DNA from: Amphiscolops sp. MND2022 | Lineage: Eukaryota | DNA: 64,000 bases | Assembly (NCBI GenBank): GCA_964187785.1 | Contig: OZ076409.1 | Span: 32,800,001 to 32,864,000, forward strand | Direction: 5' to 3' | Shown: in pieces, positions 37,901 to 51,200 of the stretch | Layout of the letters: each line of letters begins with the position of its first letter | Position numbering within the stretch: position 1 is the first letter of the stretch | Notes under the pieces: generated by a model | Databases searched by the model: none | Told to the model about the DNA's origin: nothing | Seen by the model: the letters and a program-made list of their open reading frames with translations, nothing else | Translations under genes and position numbers: made by a program

Positions 37901-40630
37901 AAAAATGTTGACAATTTCGGAAGTGTCCCCCTTTCAGCGCGCCAGGGGCTCGCGCTAGCGGGCCCCGGTGCGCCACTTGGTCCATTTTTTTGAGTCTGTA
38001 ATTTTTTTTGAAATATACCGTAAAAGAGAATACTCGACACTTGGAAGTCTTTTTGCTATTTTTGAGCCTTGGATATGGCGCCGACTTGGGCCGGTCCCGG
38101 CTTGTTTCCACTTAAATTTAAACAAGTTTACGAGAGCAACCAATCTTCTGATAGACATGAATAAAATCATTTGAAAAATCCATGTATCTCGAAAGCACCT
38201 CTCCACAATATTAGGTTACCTAATCACTTTCAGAAAGAAAGTTAAACCTCTCATTTGACAAAGCAATTGCTTTCCCCGAGTGTGTTCCACCCTACGAGTT
38301 CAGTCGAATATTGATGGAGTTCAGCCGATTGAACATGATTCCGACTTACAGGCCAGTCCGTAATATTTTCAGGCCACGGATGATTGAAGGGCGAAGGGGA
38401 CTCGCAGTACTTGGGGTCCAGTCCACACACGGGGCCAGCACCGCCGTCCCTGTGCTTGAAGAAGTCCAGAGTGGAAATGCGATTGACGCAGGTACTCTCT
38501 GAGGACTGGAAGCAGAAGTTGTGTCCCGTTCTCTTAGCAGCAGACATGAACACACAACAGCCAGTCTCTTTCTCTCGTTCTATTGCACTGGTGATAGCAC
38601 TATGCACTTCGGGCAAGGTCGCAATACAAGGAGTGTACTTAGCTCCCATCTTGATCAGTTCCATCTAGATGTTCAAAAAACAAAGAAAATCGGTCAAAAC
38701 TGACATCGAAAGTAGTTAGAAGTTCAAGATTCTCCACGCAAAAATCTAAACTACGAGACAGCTTCACTGAGGTCCATAAATTGACGAACAATTCAACGTT
38801 ATTTCACAAATTCTCGCAATTTGATAGGTACGAAAGCCATAAAAATTAGGTTTTCATGCTTTGAGATATTAAAAGAACACTGTTGGCAGTGAAGAAATTA
38901 ACCGGTCTAGGCCCAATCCAAATATTTCTAGGCTCCATCAGTGACACCTGCTGAGCGTCCTGGGTTTTCCTCTTCACGTGGTCTTCCACGTTTTCCATGT
39001 CGAACCCAAAGGGCCCGAAGCCATGCTGAATGAGAGATATAACCACAACCAGGACATGCACGATGGATATCCACCACGAGAAGTATGGTCTGTAATGGGA
39101 GATTCCAGCTATCTGGTCCCTTACGTGAGAATCCAGACGTCGCATTCTAGAAGTTGCGTTGAACATCTTGAGCTTCTTCTTAGACTCATTCTGTCTCTGG
39201 CGACGAGATTCAATCGTACCAGTGCTCCCGTTCCTCTCTTCTCGTTTAGACCCATCCGAGAGTTTCTTCCGCTGATGTAATCGAGAACCAGGTGCAGGTC
39301 TATGCAAAAACGCTTTTGTACATTACTTAGTGGACGGTCTTATTGTCATTTGATTGCTTGACAAATAGGTATTCAAAAATGTCGAAGGGATAACATAACG
39401 TTTACACCAAACAAACCGGGAACGGCAAAATCCGGCGATCCGCTCAAGGCTCAAAAGCACTTCAGAGCGTCAGAGAACCTTTTTGATAGAATTGTATATA
39501 TCAAAATGCCAAAAAAACCCGAAGGTTTTGGGATTCAAAGGGATTTTTTCTCACAAAAAAAACTTCAAGAAACCAAAGCTATAATCCTTTTGTGAAATAA
39601 ACTTTCTAGATGCGCCGATTAAAAACGGCAACTCGAAATTTCCAAAAAAAATTGTTCAAAAATCCCGCTTCAAAAAGTTGAGCGAAGATTAGCAAAAGGG
39701 CTAATACAAACCTGTACTCTAATCTAGTTGCTCATGGCATGCAACGACTTGATAACTATTTTATATAAGTCTGCTACTTATTGAAGCGAGAGACCAGACG
39801 ATTCAGTCCCAAAAACTCAAATTTACTCAGACAATCAAGCCGCGAGCATTTCAGAATGTTAAGCTAAACTTACAGATTCTTTTGAAGCATCTGGGCTCTT
39901 TTAGCAGAAATTCTGGATCCAGCAGCAGACAGCTTCTGACTAGAACTTCCGTCGCTAGAAGCTTGCTTGCTAGTCTGTTTTCCAGCTGACACTTCGGCAT
40001 TAAAAGCGATACCTTCTTCGTTCTCAGATCCGTACTCTTCCTCCTCCTGTTCCTCTTTGCCAATATCTTCCTTTTCTGCGTCCTCTTCTGATTGGCCTTC
40101 ATCCGAAACTGAGTTCTCAGCAAAAGTTGGCAAATGATTTGGCCGCGATTTTGAAGGTATGTTGAAATTGAAGTAAGGAGACATCTGAACAAAAACCAGG
40201 CCGTATTATGGATTTTTCACATGAGTGAAATTATACATGTCTCCAACATAACATTGGATGGAACAATGAGTTCACAAATTTTTGGCCCACTTGTCTTGAT
40301 TTAATATTAGTCACCTGATTAGGAGGCACTGCAAACATGATTTTAAAACAACATGATCTGGAAGAATATTTGAACGAATCATAGGATGCTTCTAACCGGG
40401 CCAGGGGTGTTGGGAGTTGTTCCATTGGTGTGGAAGCCAGTGGTTCGATAACTGTTGGAACTGAGGAACTGATCAGCCGAAGTGTCCAAGTGCATGTACT
40501 GGCCAGCTCCTATCACTACGTTGTTCTCTCTGCAGTTGCTACTCAATTGCTCAGAGCTCAACACGTACTTCTCTATCAGGTCGTTGTGAGTCGTGGTCTG
40601 CGAAAACAACGAAGCCAAAATCATCAGCAT
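34952..40630 (-). CDS. RHBDF: Inactive rhomboid protein (iRhom / RHBDF family), multi-exon; 5' end uncertain
   Basis: GT-AG exons 39874-40184, 38903-39299 ([20 protein letters not shown]), 38350-38664 ([31 protein letters not shown]), 36075-36236 ([12 protein letters not shown]), 35582-35836 ([34 protein letters not shown]) and 34952-35377 ([32 protein letters not shown]). Further exon(s) probably lie at ~40236-40630. A Cys-rich iRhom homology domain and GPx in place of GxS are present. Confidence 0.93.
36260..38130. mobile_element. Composite intronic repeat: TAGGCCCC-family backbone with two Helentron/HINE-like inserts (~36754-37109 plus; ~37263-38107 minus)
   Basis: Inserts begin AACAAGCCG..GGCGCCATATC(T/C)AAGGCTC and end GCCGACTAAAA (short subterminal inverted match AGTCGGCG/CGCCGACT), with internal AAAGGGTCCCCC tandem units. 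The superfamily assignment is inference. Confidence 0.65.
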
Positions 40631-42034
40631 GGAAAGAATTGTGAATGAATATTATATACATTAAGACAATGACTAATGAAAATTTTCGCATCTGTACTTG
40701 TCACAGGGATGTTTTCGAAAAAGGAGAATGACAACCAAGAAAATTCCCAATATTGCACTCACATGAAACTGACTGAATCAGATACAATAGAAATCAAAAG
40801 CAAAGATTATGAGAAGATACATGAGGAAAACCTCTAATGTTGATACGATGAGAGCCCATATTTGACTACATACAGCTTGAGTATTCTATTTGGAATTCAT
40901 ACAAATCAACTAATATTCCAATCTACATTTGTTTTAAATTAGACACGACGAAACCTCTTCAACTCGAGAATTCATCAGATATGCACAAAATTCATGAACG
41001 AATTAACTCCGAACAACTTGATGATGCATCTTCTGTCACGCACAGTCTGAGAAAGCAAACATTGGCCAGACGCGAAACGCAAATTCAGACAAACTTTTTT
41101 CGGACATGAGCATGGAACAGTGTCGGACAAAAACCCTGACTGTGCAACTTCAAAACGGGCTCCACCAATACGACAAGTCATCTTTTGAAGCGAGGACATT
41201 TTTGCTGATAGGGCAGCTTGAGATATTTGTTTTTACCCAATTTCAATCATTCCATTTAGTTGCTGAAGGAGTCAACGTGTAATGACTCTTCTGCTTTCTT
41301 GATTATATTGTCACTAATGTTACAAAACGAAATATAAATCAAGCCCTGCTTATCAGGAGCAACCAAATGCGATATGCAAACACGGTTTTACACGAGGATA
41401 ATAACACTAGTGGCTGCTGAACGAATGATTCAATTACAACGAGATAGTCTCTTTCAAAACTTGATATTCTACTAAACCATTTCTTTGTTTAATTGCCAAA
41501 CTCCAAACCTATTTCAGTATAGTCACCTTGCTATATCAAACCAAACTTGCTTCCACTAGCAATGCGAAATTGAACTAAACGGGGTCACAAATTTCGCGAA
41601 ACCAAGTCAAATATCTTCAAATTCATTACTGTTGCTTTTCACCAGCTAACAAACATTTAATCAGCAGAAGCCTAACATTTATAAAGGCCCCTACACGCTA
41701 CCATCAAGTGCGACCAACTTTTACCCAAGAAATGGAGTGGGTAGGAAAAGCAAAAGAAATACTACAAGATACTTGCCAGTTCTGCAACGAAAATCGCAAA
41801 ATAGTTTCCACGGGTTAGCGTATTGTATTTTCAAACTAAAATTGATGAGGCCATACAAAAATGAGGCCAGGACATTCAAGTAGAGATAAGAACTACAATT
41901 GCTCAAAAAATGAAGTTTTTCCGAAACTAGAACAAGAAATAAAGACAAATTTTGATTTTGAAAAATACGTTAGTGGAAACATTTTCCAAAGGATTTTTTA
42001 ATAGTGGTTGCTGCTCATTAGTAATCAGAATATA

Positions 42035-42208
42035 CCGTAGAACTCGTTTATAATGAACACCAATATGCCTTCTGAATATGTTCATTATAAAAATTGTTCA
42101 TTATATGAGGATCATTTTAAAAATAGAAAGATATTAGAAAGATATTATCACTTGTTCGCTATAGAAATTATTCATTATAAAGCTGTTCATTATAGACGAG
42201 TTCTACTG
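42035..42208. mobile_element. Tc1/mariner-pogo-type MITE
   Basis: TIRs CCGTAGAACTCGTTTATAATGAAC / GTTCATTATAGACGAGTTCTACTG, flanked by TA, with internal TTCATTATA repeats. Confidence 0.85.
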
Positions 42209-42249
42209 TACATATATAATCTCTACAAACTTTTATATTTCACATTTTC

Positions 42250-45200
42250 ATGGCAAAATATATGGAAAAATTCAGTGACAATACATTATCAACAACAGGT
42301 CTCCTGTTCCTGATCACCTTCATAACTCTCATCATCGGCATTGTGCTGCACATTCCCCAACACGTGGACAAAAACTCATTCAAGCCCCCGCCTCCCATTT
42401 TCTCCAATATAAAATTCACTGCCTTCTCCCTCAACTTCTCCCAACTACAGTTTCTAATGTCTACGTGTCAATATTACGCTTGTATTGAGGAGACATGCTA
42501 CTGCAAAACAAGTGCAAAGTACACGTGGCAGCAAGCTAAAGATACATGCGAAAGGTCAGCACTGCCAAATGCCGCCATGTTTAAGCCATTGGATGTTAAA
42601 CATGGCGTGTTCCAAACTTACAAGAACTTCCTCACGTTCCTGACCAACTCTGGGGGCTACCATAGACCCTTGTGGACTTCCCTGCACAGAGAAAAAGAAG
42701 TTAGTCTGTAAATAAAAAAATGCTGAAAAAGGGGAAGTCTCATAGTGCCAAAAAAGTGGAAAGTGGGACCCTCCTTCTTTGGAATGGTTTTAAATTCATG
42801 TTAGAGGCTTTAGATGCGTTCAAAATGAAGTGCTAAGTACTTATGGTAAAAGTGCATAAAGCACAAAAAGTGGACCGATCGGTTGAACTGACGAAAAAAC
42901 ATTTTTAAAGATGTTTAGGGATGACTTTTGAAAAAGTTCTGGAAAATCTTAGTGCGCTAAATTATCCTAATGTACTCTAGATGCATCCTCATCTTGCTTC
43001 ACAACTAACGAACAAAGTAAACAAAATACTGGACCTTTCGACGTGAAGCTGAAAAAATTAGTCACAGTAATAGTCTTAATTCAATCACATGTTTCGATTG
43101 GTAACAATCATCATGTCTTAGAGAACAAGTTACAACGAAGAGATCATCCTGATGAAAAGAAATATGCTCACCGACAAAAAAGTTCTGTCCTTATTAAATT
43201 TTAATTGAAAGCCAGAGTGAAAACTTTGTGACGGAAAAATTGAACGTCAGAAATGATAACTGCATGTGAAATTTATTGCTGCAGAAATTCATTCATTCTC
43301 CCAACCTGGACTACTGCTGTAATGCTGAAAAACAATTCCCAGCAAATGAAATTTAAGTTTTTTAGCAGTTTTCGTTAAAAAAAATTTTTTGCTCTGATGG
43401 AATATATCGAAAATGTTTTCAAGACTCCTGGTCAGTTTCAGCGTTCTCGCAAATCTTTAGGTGACAAAGTTTCCCCCGTAGTAAAACGTAATTTTCTTCT
43501 GGTATAACGTCAAAAATTTGGATATAGCGCAATATATTTCGGATATGACGTCAAAATTTCGGATATAGCGCAATAGTTTGGTCATAGAAAAAGCTGTTAA
43601 TATTGTTCAGTTCGCTAGGCCAAATGGTACAGTTCAAGATTTTGCAGAACTCAAGAAAAACAAGGTTCTTAGAATGTTATCGGAAACCATTGAAGGTCCA
43701 TAAACACCTTTGAAGGTCAATGCAACACCTCCGAAAACCTCTCCAAAATGTCCTTCGACGGATGATGGATTATCTTCATGGAATTCTTTGAAAACCCTTT
43801 AAAAGAACCTATTCTTGTATGATTAGGACTAGTTCTATAGAATTATTACTGAATCATTTATGTTTCAGGGAGAACAATGGATAGACGAAAACAATGAAAC
43901 ATACCCTTTTCATCTATACGACAGACAAGGTGAGTCCCTGAAAAAAACATGAAATGAAAGTCTGCAAAATATCAGGATTTGATTGAGATCTGTTGATATT
44001 AAATTGGTTTTCGGGACGTTGGCTTAGTTTTTTGAAGCTGAGATTACAAAGGCGTAGACCACACAATTTGAAATTTATAAGTTTCATAGCAAAGCGCTTT
44101 AGGTAGGGGCAGGGTGATCGGCACGTCGTCTAAAACGTTACATTCTTACATTTCTACAAAGTCGACGCTACTGACATGACGTTTAACAGTTTAAACTTAA
44201 AAACATGAACTAAGTACAAACTCAAAATATGTCCACTTGATTTGGTTTCAGGTGACAACAACGATGAGCCCTACTGTGTGCAGAAAATCACTTCAAAGGG
44301 TTTTGCAGTCGTCGATTGCAGCACTTCGGTTCAACAATTTTGCATACATATTAATCATAATTTCGCAGAACAATTAACCTTCAACTCCATGAACATTCCA
44401 AACATTTTCAGCTGAACCGACAATTCACGAGGCAACAAAATACTAAAATGACGTAGTATGAAATTTACAAATCAAAATTCAAAAACAATCCTTAAATTTT
44501 AAAATTACTCAATGCAGTTAAATAGATTCAGGTTCGGAAATAAAACATGATTTTAAGTCATTCCAATTTCCTAGATAGGCACCTTTAGTATTAAGGATTC
44601 ACTAGTTTTTGTTTTTTTAGAGACGACTAGTGACAATAATTGCCGAAAGCGTTTTTCCACGCCGACTTTGTCAAATTTAACTAAAAACAAAAACAAGCCG
44701 TTCACCGAAGAAAAGCCATATAATGTTAAGTTTCAACATCGTAGCTATATACATTTTGCGTTTTTTTCCCGCAGACAAAATACACTTTGCCAAGCGAGTT
44801 CACCCCAGACATTTACAACGCGGGTCAGGCTACCCTAGACCAGCTCTCGTGGGACGATAAGTACTGGAATGGGGTGAACGTACCCAACCGCATTCTTTGT
44901 GAGCTACCTTTCAGTGCCACCTACGACTGGGATGAGCAGAAAAAGAACGACCTAAACGACTACTTCCAACAGACCACCAGCTACCAGTCATCGGAGAAAC
45001 ATTACTACATCACAAGCGGTGTCAATAGACGCTACTCTGGCAGGAAACATCGCAACTTAGACAGCAGTTAGTCACTTGACTGTTTCATGTGCTTTGCTTG
45101 AAATAGGCGGCTGCTCGCAGTTGCTCCACAAGCTTCGTTTGAATTTCTAAACATCAGACTTTCCTTCTCTGAAAGGCACATGATAGCTACTGCTTCTCGG

Positions 45201-48200
45201 GGTATTCGTTTACGTACCTTCAAGAATAGTACACTAAAACATCAACAGGCAAGATGCACTGGGAGAGAGGTTATTACTAGACATTTCCAGAGGCCCTGTT
45301 TGATCTTGAAATTGATAATGGAAACATGAGCTTTGCTGAATTTCACAGAAAAGGTAGGCCTCGGCACTCACCGGCCTGCTAAATCGCAGCCAGACAATCT
45401 TTTGCCAGGACCATTCGAAGGTATGACAATTGATCTAGTAGAGAGCATATCAAAAAGTAACAATGAAAACATCAAAAACCAGAGTCGCATATGCGGTAAA
45501 GGAGTCGGCTTAAGTCTTTTTCCTTCTGACTCGCTCGAATCCCAGTCATCCGAATTTATTGAAAATGTACACACATTATGCCCCGTAGAATGACTGTAGA
45601 AACTTTCGTTCGAATCGTATGGAGAAAAAAAGTCGAAAAATGGCTGTTTTTTGGCCATTTTCGAGCTTGTTTTGGCTACGTTTCTCACATCCCAGCCACA
45701 AAATTTTGATGCCTTTGCGCACGCTGGGGCACCTTTGGGTGTAGAATGACTGTGTAAAATTTTATGGAAATCGTAAGGACAGTTTTTGAGAAATTTGAAA
45801 CTTTCATTGAAAGGTCGGGAGAAAAAAACGACACTATTGCATAAGTAGTCGAAAATTTTTTCCGACTCCTAAAAATATCGAAGCCCTTACCGATTACAAC
45901 GGCGAATGTTCTGGAATATTACACTAACGTACAGAAGTCTGCTATCACTAATATCACTTGACAAAGCTGTAGGTTTTGATTAATTTTTACATTGGATTTA
46001 CCATTTGGAGCATTGAATAACGAATGGAACATGAAATCATCGCAGACTTAGAAATGTTCAAGGAACACTTCATAATTGCGATGTTCTCCTTTCACAGGCG
46101 TACCACGCATACCTAACAAAATCAACGGTAAAAGCAGTCAATCAAAAGGAACCGGATTCTATATGTTGATTTTGACTTTCATAATCAATTCAACTCAAAT
46201 CTCACTTAGTTTTTTTCCTGATTGATTCTTCACAACTAAAATAGTTGTAGTTGTATGACCAATCACCTACTAGTTACAGTTCACTCAATTCCTGTCCGTG
46301 GGTGCCATTCATGATTTTTGACATATTACTCATGATTGATAATTGCGACTGTTTCATCTTTAGGCGGATGTTACATTAACCACTTGAGTGTTCAGTACGA
46401 AGGCAGAAGGGCTGTGATAACCACCAAGGCCGACGAACAATTCATCTTGGAGTCTATTCCTGAAATTTTCCTCGAAATTGGATTGGCCAAGGAACTAGAG
46501 AATGGACAGGAAGTCTTCAAGTGGGATCAAGATGCCAATGGGTTGTTGTCGACAGACCTCAAATGGTACTACCCGCAAAGTGTGCGTTCTGGTCTCAACT
46601 GCCTCAGCAGTCAAGCATGTTAGAATTGACACTCTATCACACAAAACGGTCCAAACAGTGTTTCCTATACTATATACACTCAATGTAGTACACTACACTC
46701 AGTAGTACACTCAATGGCAGCATTAAAATTAGAAATTAGGCGCTGCATTCGTGTGTGCAAAAAGTGACCATGATGTTTAGGTGGTGATAAAAACTGGAGG
46801 CTTCGGGGTTTTATGAGAAGTAAAAGAGACCTTACATACATAGTTTTAAAACATGGAAAGAATGATAGAAAATTTCGTATTCCGTAATTTTGTTCCCTCT
46901 GATTATAGAAGAAAAAGCATAAACGTCTATAACATTTAAATGTAAAGATTATTTTCTTTTACACAATTCAATGTTAGGACAATTTGGAACAAGCCGAGAA
47001 CGGCTCCAAGTCAGCGCAAAAAACTGAACACTAATGAGATTTGAACTCCGTTCGCCTGCTTACGATGCCAACGCTCTGAGCACTAGGCCAACTGGCATAC
47101 CGAGGTCAACGTTAATGTCCACCCCATCTGTTTTCGTCTGCCTTGAATAAAGAATATACTGTGATCTGACGATCATGCAGGGAGACCACAAATAATTTCT
47201 AAAAAGCAGACTTGCCCGGAACGCATCAAAGAGTGGAAAAAAGTAGACAGTGAGAATTTTTATTATGGAATGTTTTCAGGAAAACAAACCTATTTTCTAA
47301 AGAGTTCGTTCATAACACTGTTAGAAATGTTCTCTTGATTTTCCGAGACCGCAGCAGATTCGTCTAACTGCTTCCGTTTTCGCTCGAGCGCTTCCGCAAG
47401 TTTCTCAATATCGGCCACTTCTTTATCCACTTCTTTTAACTCTCTCCTGCGTTGCCCACCTGAAATCTTTTCAAAAATTCATATCTTTCTTTTTAATTCA
47501 ATGCGGTTTATTTGTGCCTGGCGTTCGTTTTTCAATCTTTGTTTTTCGGACACGTGGTATCGTATGCTAGCTTTGTTCATTTCAATGTTGAGTTCGTTCA
47601 CTAACTCAAATTTTTCTAGGGCATCCGGCTGAATATTATCATTTACGAACCGTATTGCGTCGTGCAATTGGTTACGCATACCTGACTGGTAGTCGCTTTC
47701 ATGAAATTTAATTTTTGAAAACCCACTTTCCACGATCATATTGTGTGAGAGATACAGTAGGATTGTTTCTGTAAGGTTTAATAACGTAGGAGAATTATCA
47801 AGCAAATTTGCTTTGAACATATCGGAAAAGTTGCTCATAATATTTTTCGATCGCAAATCGGCTAATTCGTCCAACGCCATTACTTTATTCAAATCCAAAG
47901 CATCCGCAAGATTTTGTGAGACTTTCAAAAATTTGTTGTTGATCTCAGGTTCGAATAATAGATACGATCTGCTCACGATGGGAGAACAAAAAAGGCTTAA
48001 AGGGCATCAAGGTTCGTTGAAGTTGTTCATTTTTATGACCCCAAGTTTCAACAATTTCATCTCGTTCAGAAGCGGTGAGAGTATTCAGGAAATGCCGAAC
48101 ACGTGCAAAGTCTTCAGTGTAAAATGTTGTCAAAAATTAGCATCCGATTGAAAAATGTTCGCCTGGCTGCGCAAAACGGCAGCTACTTTCGAATGCTTAC

Positions 48201-51200
48201 TCGTCTCCACATGACGTGATAGCTGTACACCACCATTTTCAACGCTAATGATGGCATCATCAAATTTTCAACGAGCATGTGTGGGTTTCCCGGGAATTGA
48301 CAGTGCCCAAGGAAACTTTTCCTTCATAGCAGGAGTTAGAGAGCATGGCATTGTAATCTTAAAATAAAATATAATGTTATAATAAACCATTAGAACATTT
48401 TATGAAATGATGAAATTATTTGTTATATAGATTGTTATATTTGATACGTTCAAAATAAAAAAGCAGACATGATTGAAAAAGCAGACAAAAACAGACCAAA
48501 GCAGAGAGTCTGCTAAAAGCAGACCAAGTGGTCACCCTGCGATCATGCAATGCAATAGTTTAAGCCGGAACGGCCCAAATGGGCGACCCGCTCAAAGCTC
48601 ATAAGAGCAAACCTTTTCAAATATGCAAAAAAACTGAAAATTTTCATCAATCGTACTGTGCCGAAAAATACCTTGTATCGAGAAAACAGTTGAGACAAAA
48701 GTCACATAGTGCCGAAAAAACCCAGCTCTTTTGGTTTCGTTTAGCTTTTCAAAATTGAAAAATCCTTAGTCGATCCATGATTTGGGACCCATGTACCAAA
48801 GGTTTACAGTCAGTCACGCACAAGTGGCGTGGAAAGGACACGAAGTTAAACAAAGCTAAAGGGGGTCGAAAAATTGAGTCAACTACTACAGACATAATGT
48901 AATACACATCTAATTTCTGGTGACTATTCAAACAACGGAATTTACAAAAAGATCTCAAACAGCAGAATTCAAATTACTAGCTTTTAGTGCTGTTGCAGCC
49001 AAGATGTATGGAACGATTTATTTGAAGAGGTTAGCATTATTGTTGTATGGCTCGGTCGCTTCGCTCCCTTCGCCAAGTAGCAATATTGAGGCATGGTCAT
49101 ATGGCACGTCGCTCGCTTCGCTTCTGCATTTAGGGCACTAGGGGTATGTGAACATAGCTGAGTACGTTATAGTAATAATTCAGACAAAATCAGACACGCG
49201 TTTTTAGCTTAGTGAATTCTGCTGTTTGAAAACTAGATTGTGTACATTATGTCTGTATCACGTTCCCGAAAAATTGACAAAAAACGGGCAACATTTTTAA
49301 AATGCTCAATTTCTCTAAGAATAATAGCCACGCTCAAAGCCCTTCACCTAGTTTTCTGCTCCTCAAAGCCCTTTACCTAAGCCTTCAAATGCACACTAGT
49401 TAAGCTGGGACTTGGCGCCACTTTTTGGGGTGAGAGCGCCATCCCGGCTTCGCTGGGCCTTTCCAATGTCGGTCGAACTCTTAGCTGAAGCTTCATCGAA
49501 AAAACTATATGCGTTTTCATTGGTGACAAACTGTGTTACTAGAGTGTTTTCAAATGCAAATTTTCACTTTTTTCCAGTTACTTTTTTGCCGGTGGTTCGA
49601 AAACAAACCATATTGATACAAAAAACAACTCGTCCCAAATAGTCCAATAGATTGTTGATAAGAAAGACTAACTTTCGTTTTCCTATATGCTTTTTGAGTT
49701 TCGCAATTTTTCCTTGATTGTGAAAAAAATCGCTGTCCTCATTTGAGGACCAAATCACTAAAGAGGTTATACAGAAGTAATGAAAAACATAGTAGGAACC
49801 GTCCAAACGTCCTAACTTGCCTGTTTTTGGATGTAGATGACATTTTCATGAGAAAAATGCATAAAATTTTTTTCCGGTTTCGTCAGTATAACCTCGTCAG
49901 CACACCGAGAAGTCGAAAAATTGACAACTGGCAACATTTTTTTAATGCTTAATTTCTTTACAAAATTAGCCACAGCTCAAATCGGTTTTCTGCTCATGAA
50001 TGCCACTTTCAGATGCTTTCAAATGCACACTAGTTAAGCTGGGAGTTGACGCCACTCTTTGAGGTGAGAGCGCCACCCCGACTTCGCCGGGCCTTTCAAA
50101 TGCCGGTCGAACTCTTACCTGAATCTTCATCGAAAAAACTATATGCGTTTTCATTGGTGACGAACTGTGTTACTAGAGTGTGACAGTAACTTAGCAAACA
50201 GTTGCTATCTTATTGAGAAAAGGCTAACTTTCTGAAAAAAATTTGCAAATTTTCACTTTTTTCCTGTTACTTTTTTGCCGGTGGTTCGAAAAACAAACCA
50301 CATTGATACAAATAACAACTCGCCCCCAAATAGTCCAATAGAGTGTTGATAAGAGAAACTTTCGTTTTCCTATATGCTTTTTGCGTTTCGTACTTTTTTA
50401 TTGTGAAAAAAATCGCTGTCCTCATTTGAGGACGAAATCACTAACGAGGTTAAGGAACTATTATGGTCGAAAAAAGTTGAATTCGTGTCAAAAAATGGGT
50501 TGAGTATAGAACGCAGTAGCATGGTAACAATTAGTCATTCAATGATACAGGTGATGGTGTATTTCAATTCTGATGATTTCAAATGAAGCTGATTCTTTCT
50601 AATTTGGACGCATCCGGTGGTTACGCACTAGAGATTATTCAACACGGGTAACCAGCTGCTTCATTTTCAGACTCGCAGCACAACCTGCAGCTAGACTGGG
50701 AAGCGACCAAGTGCAATGACGTCGCAGAGACAGTGTGTACCTTCTCAGTGCCAAAGACATCCAAGGACGATTCGGTGGCTTCACACCTCAAGACGGCAAG
50801 GGTCATCAGAAATATCTACTCATCGTACTTCTGCCTCGATCAAAACCAAGACAAATGCTACGTTTCTGTTACAGTGAGTTGTGCTTTAAAAGCAAAACGA
50901 TTCACATTGATTGAACACAAATTACAGTCGAACTCGGATAAAAGAAACACGGATAAAAGAAACATTCGGATATAAGAAACGTTTTCACTCCTCCGATTTT
51001 ATGCAAGACAAACTTTCTACGTTAATAGGACAACTGATAAAAGAAACTATGGATAAAAGAAACTCTTTTCCTACCGCCCTATGAGTTTCTTTTATCCGAG
51101 TTTGACTGTATTACCATTTTGAAAATTTGGTGTATAATGACATGCGCGAGACACGTTTTCCTCCGTCAAAAGTAGACAAAGTCAGTCCTTTAAACCTCAA

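Noticed and set aside
36639..38206. Lys/Phe/Gly-rich ORFs here and at 52584-54734 and 57433-58351
   Set aside because: Translations of non-coding tandem units within non-autonomous repeats.
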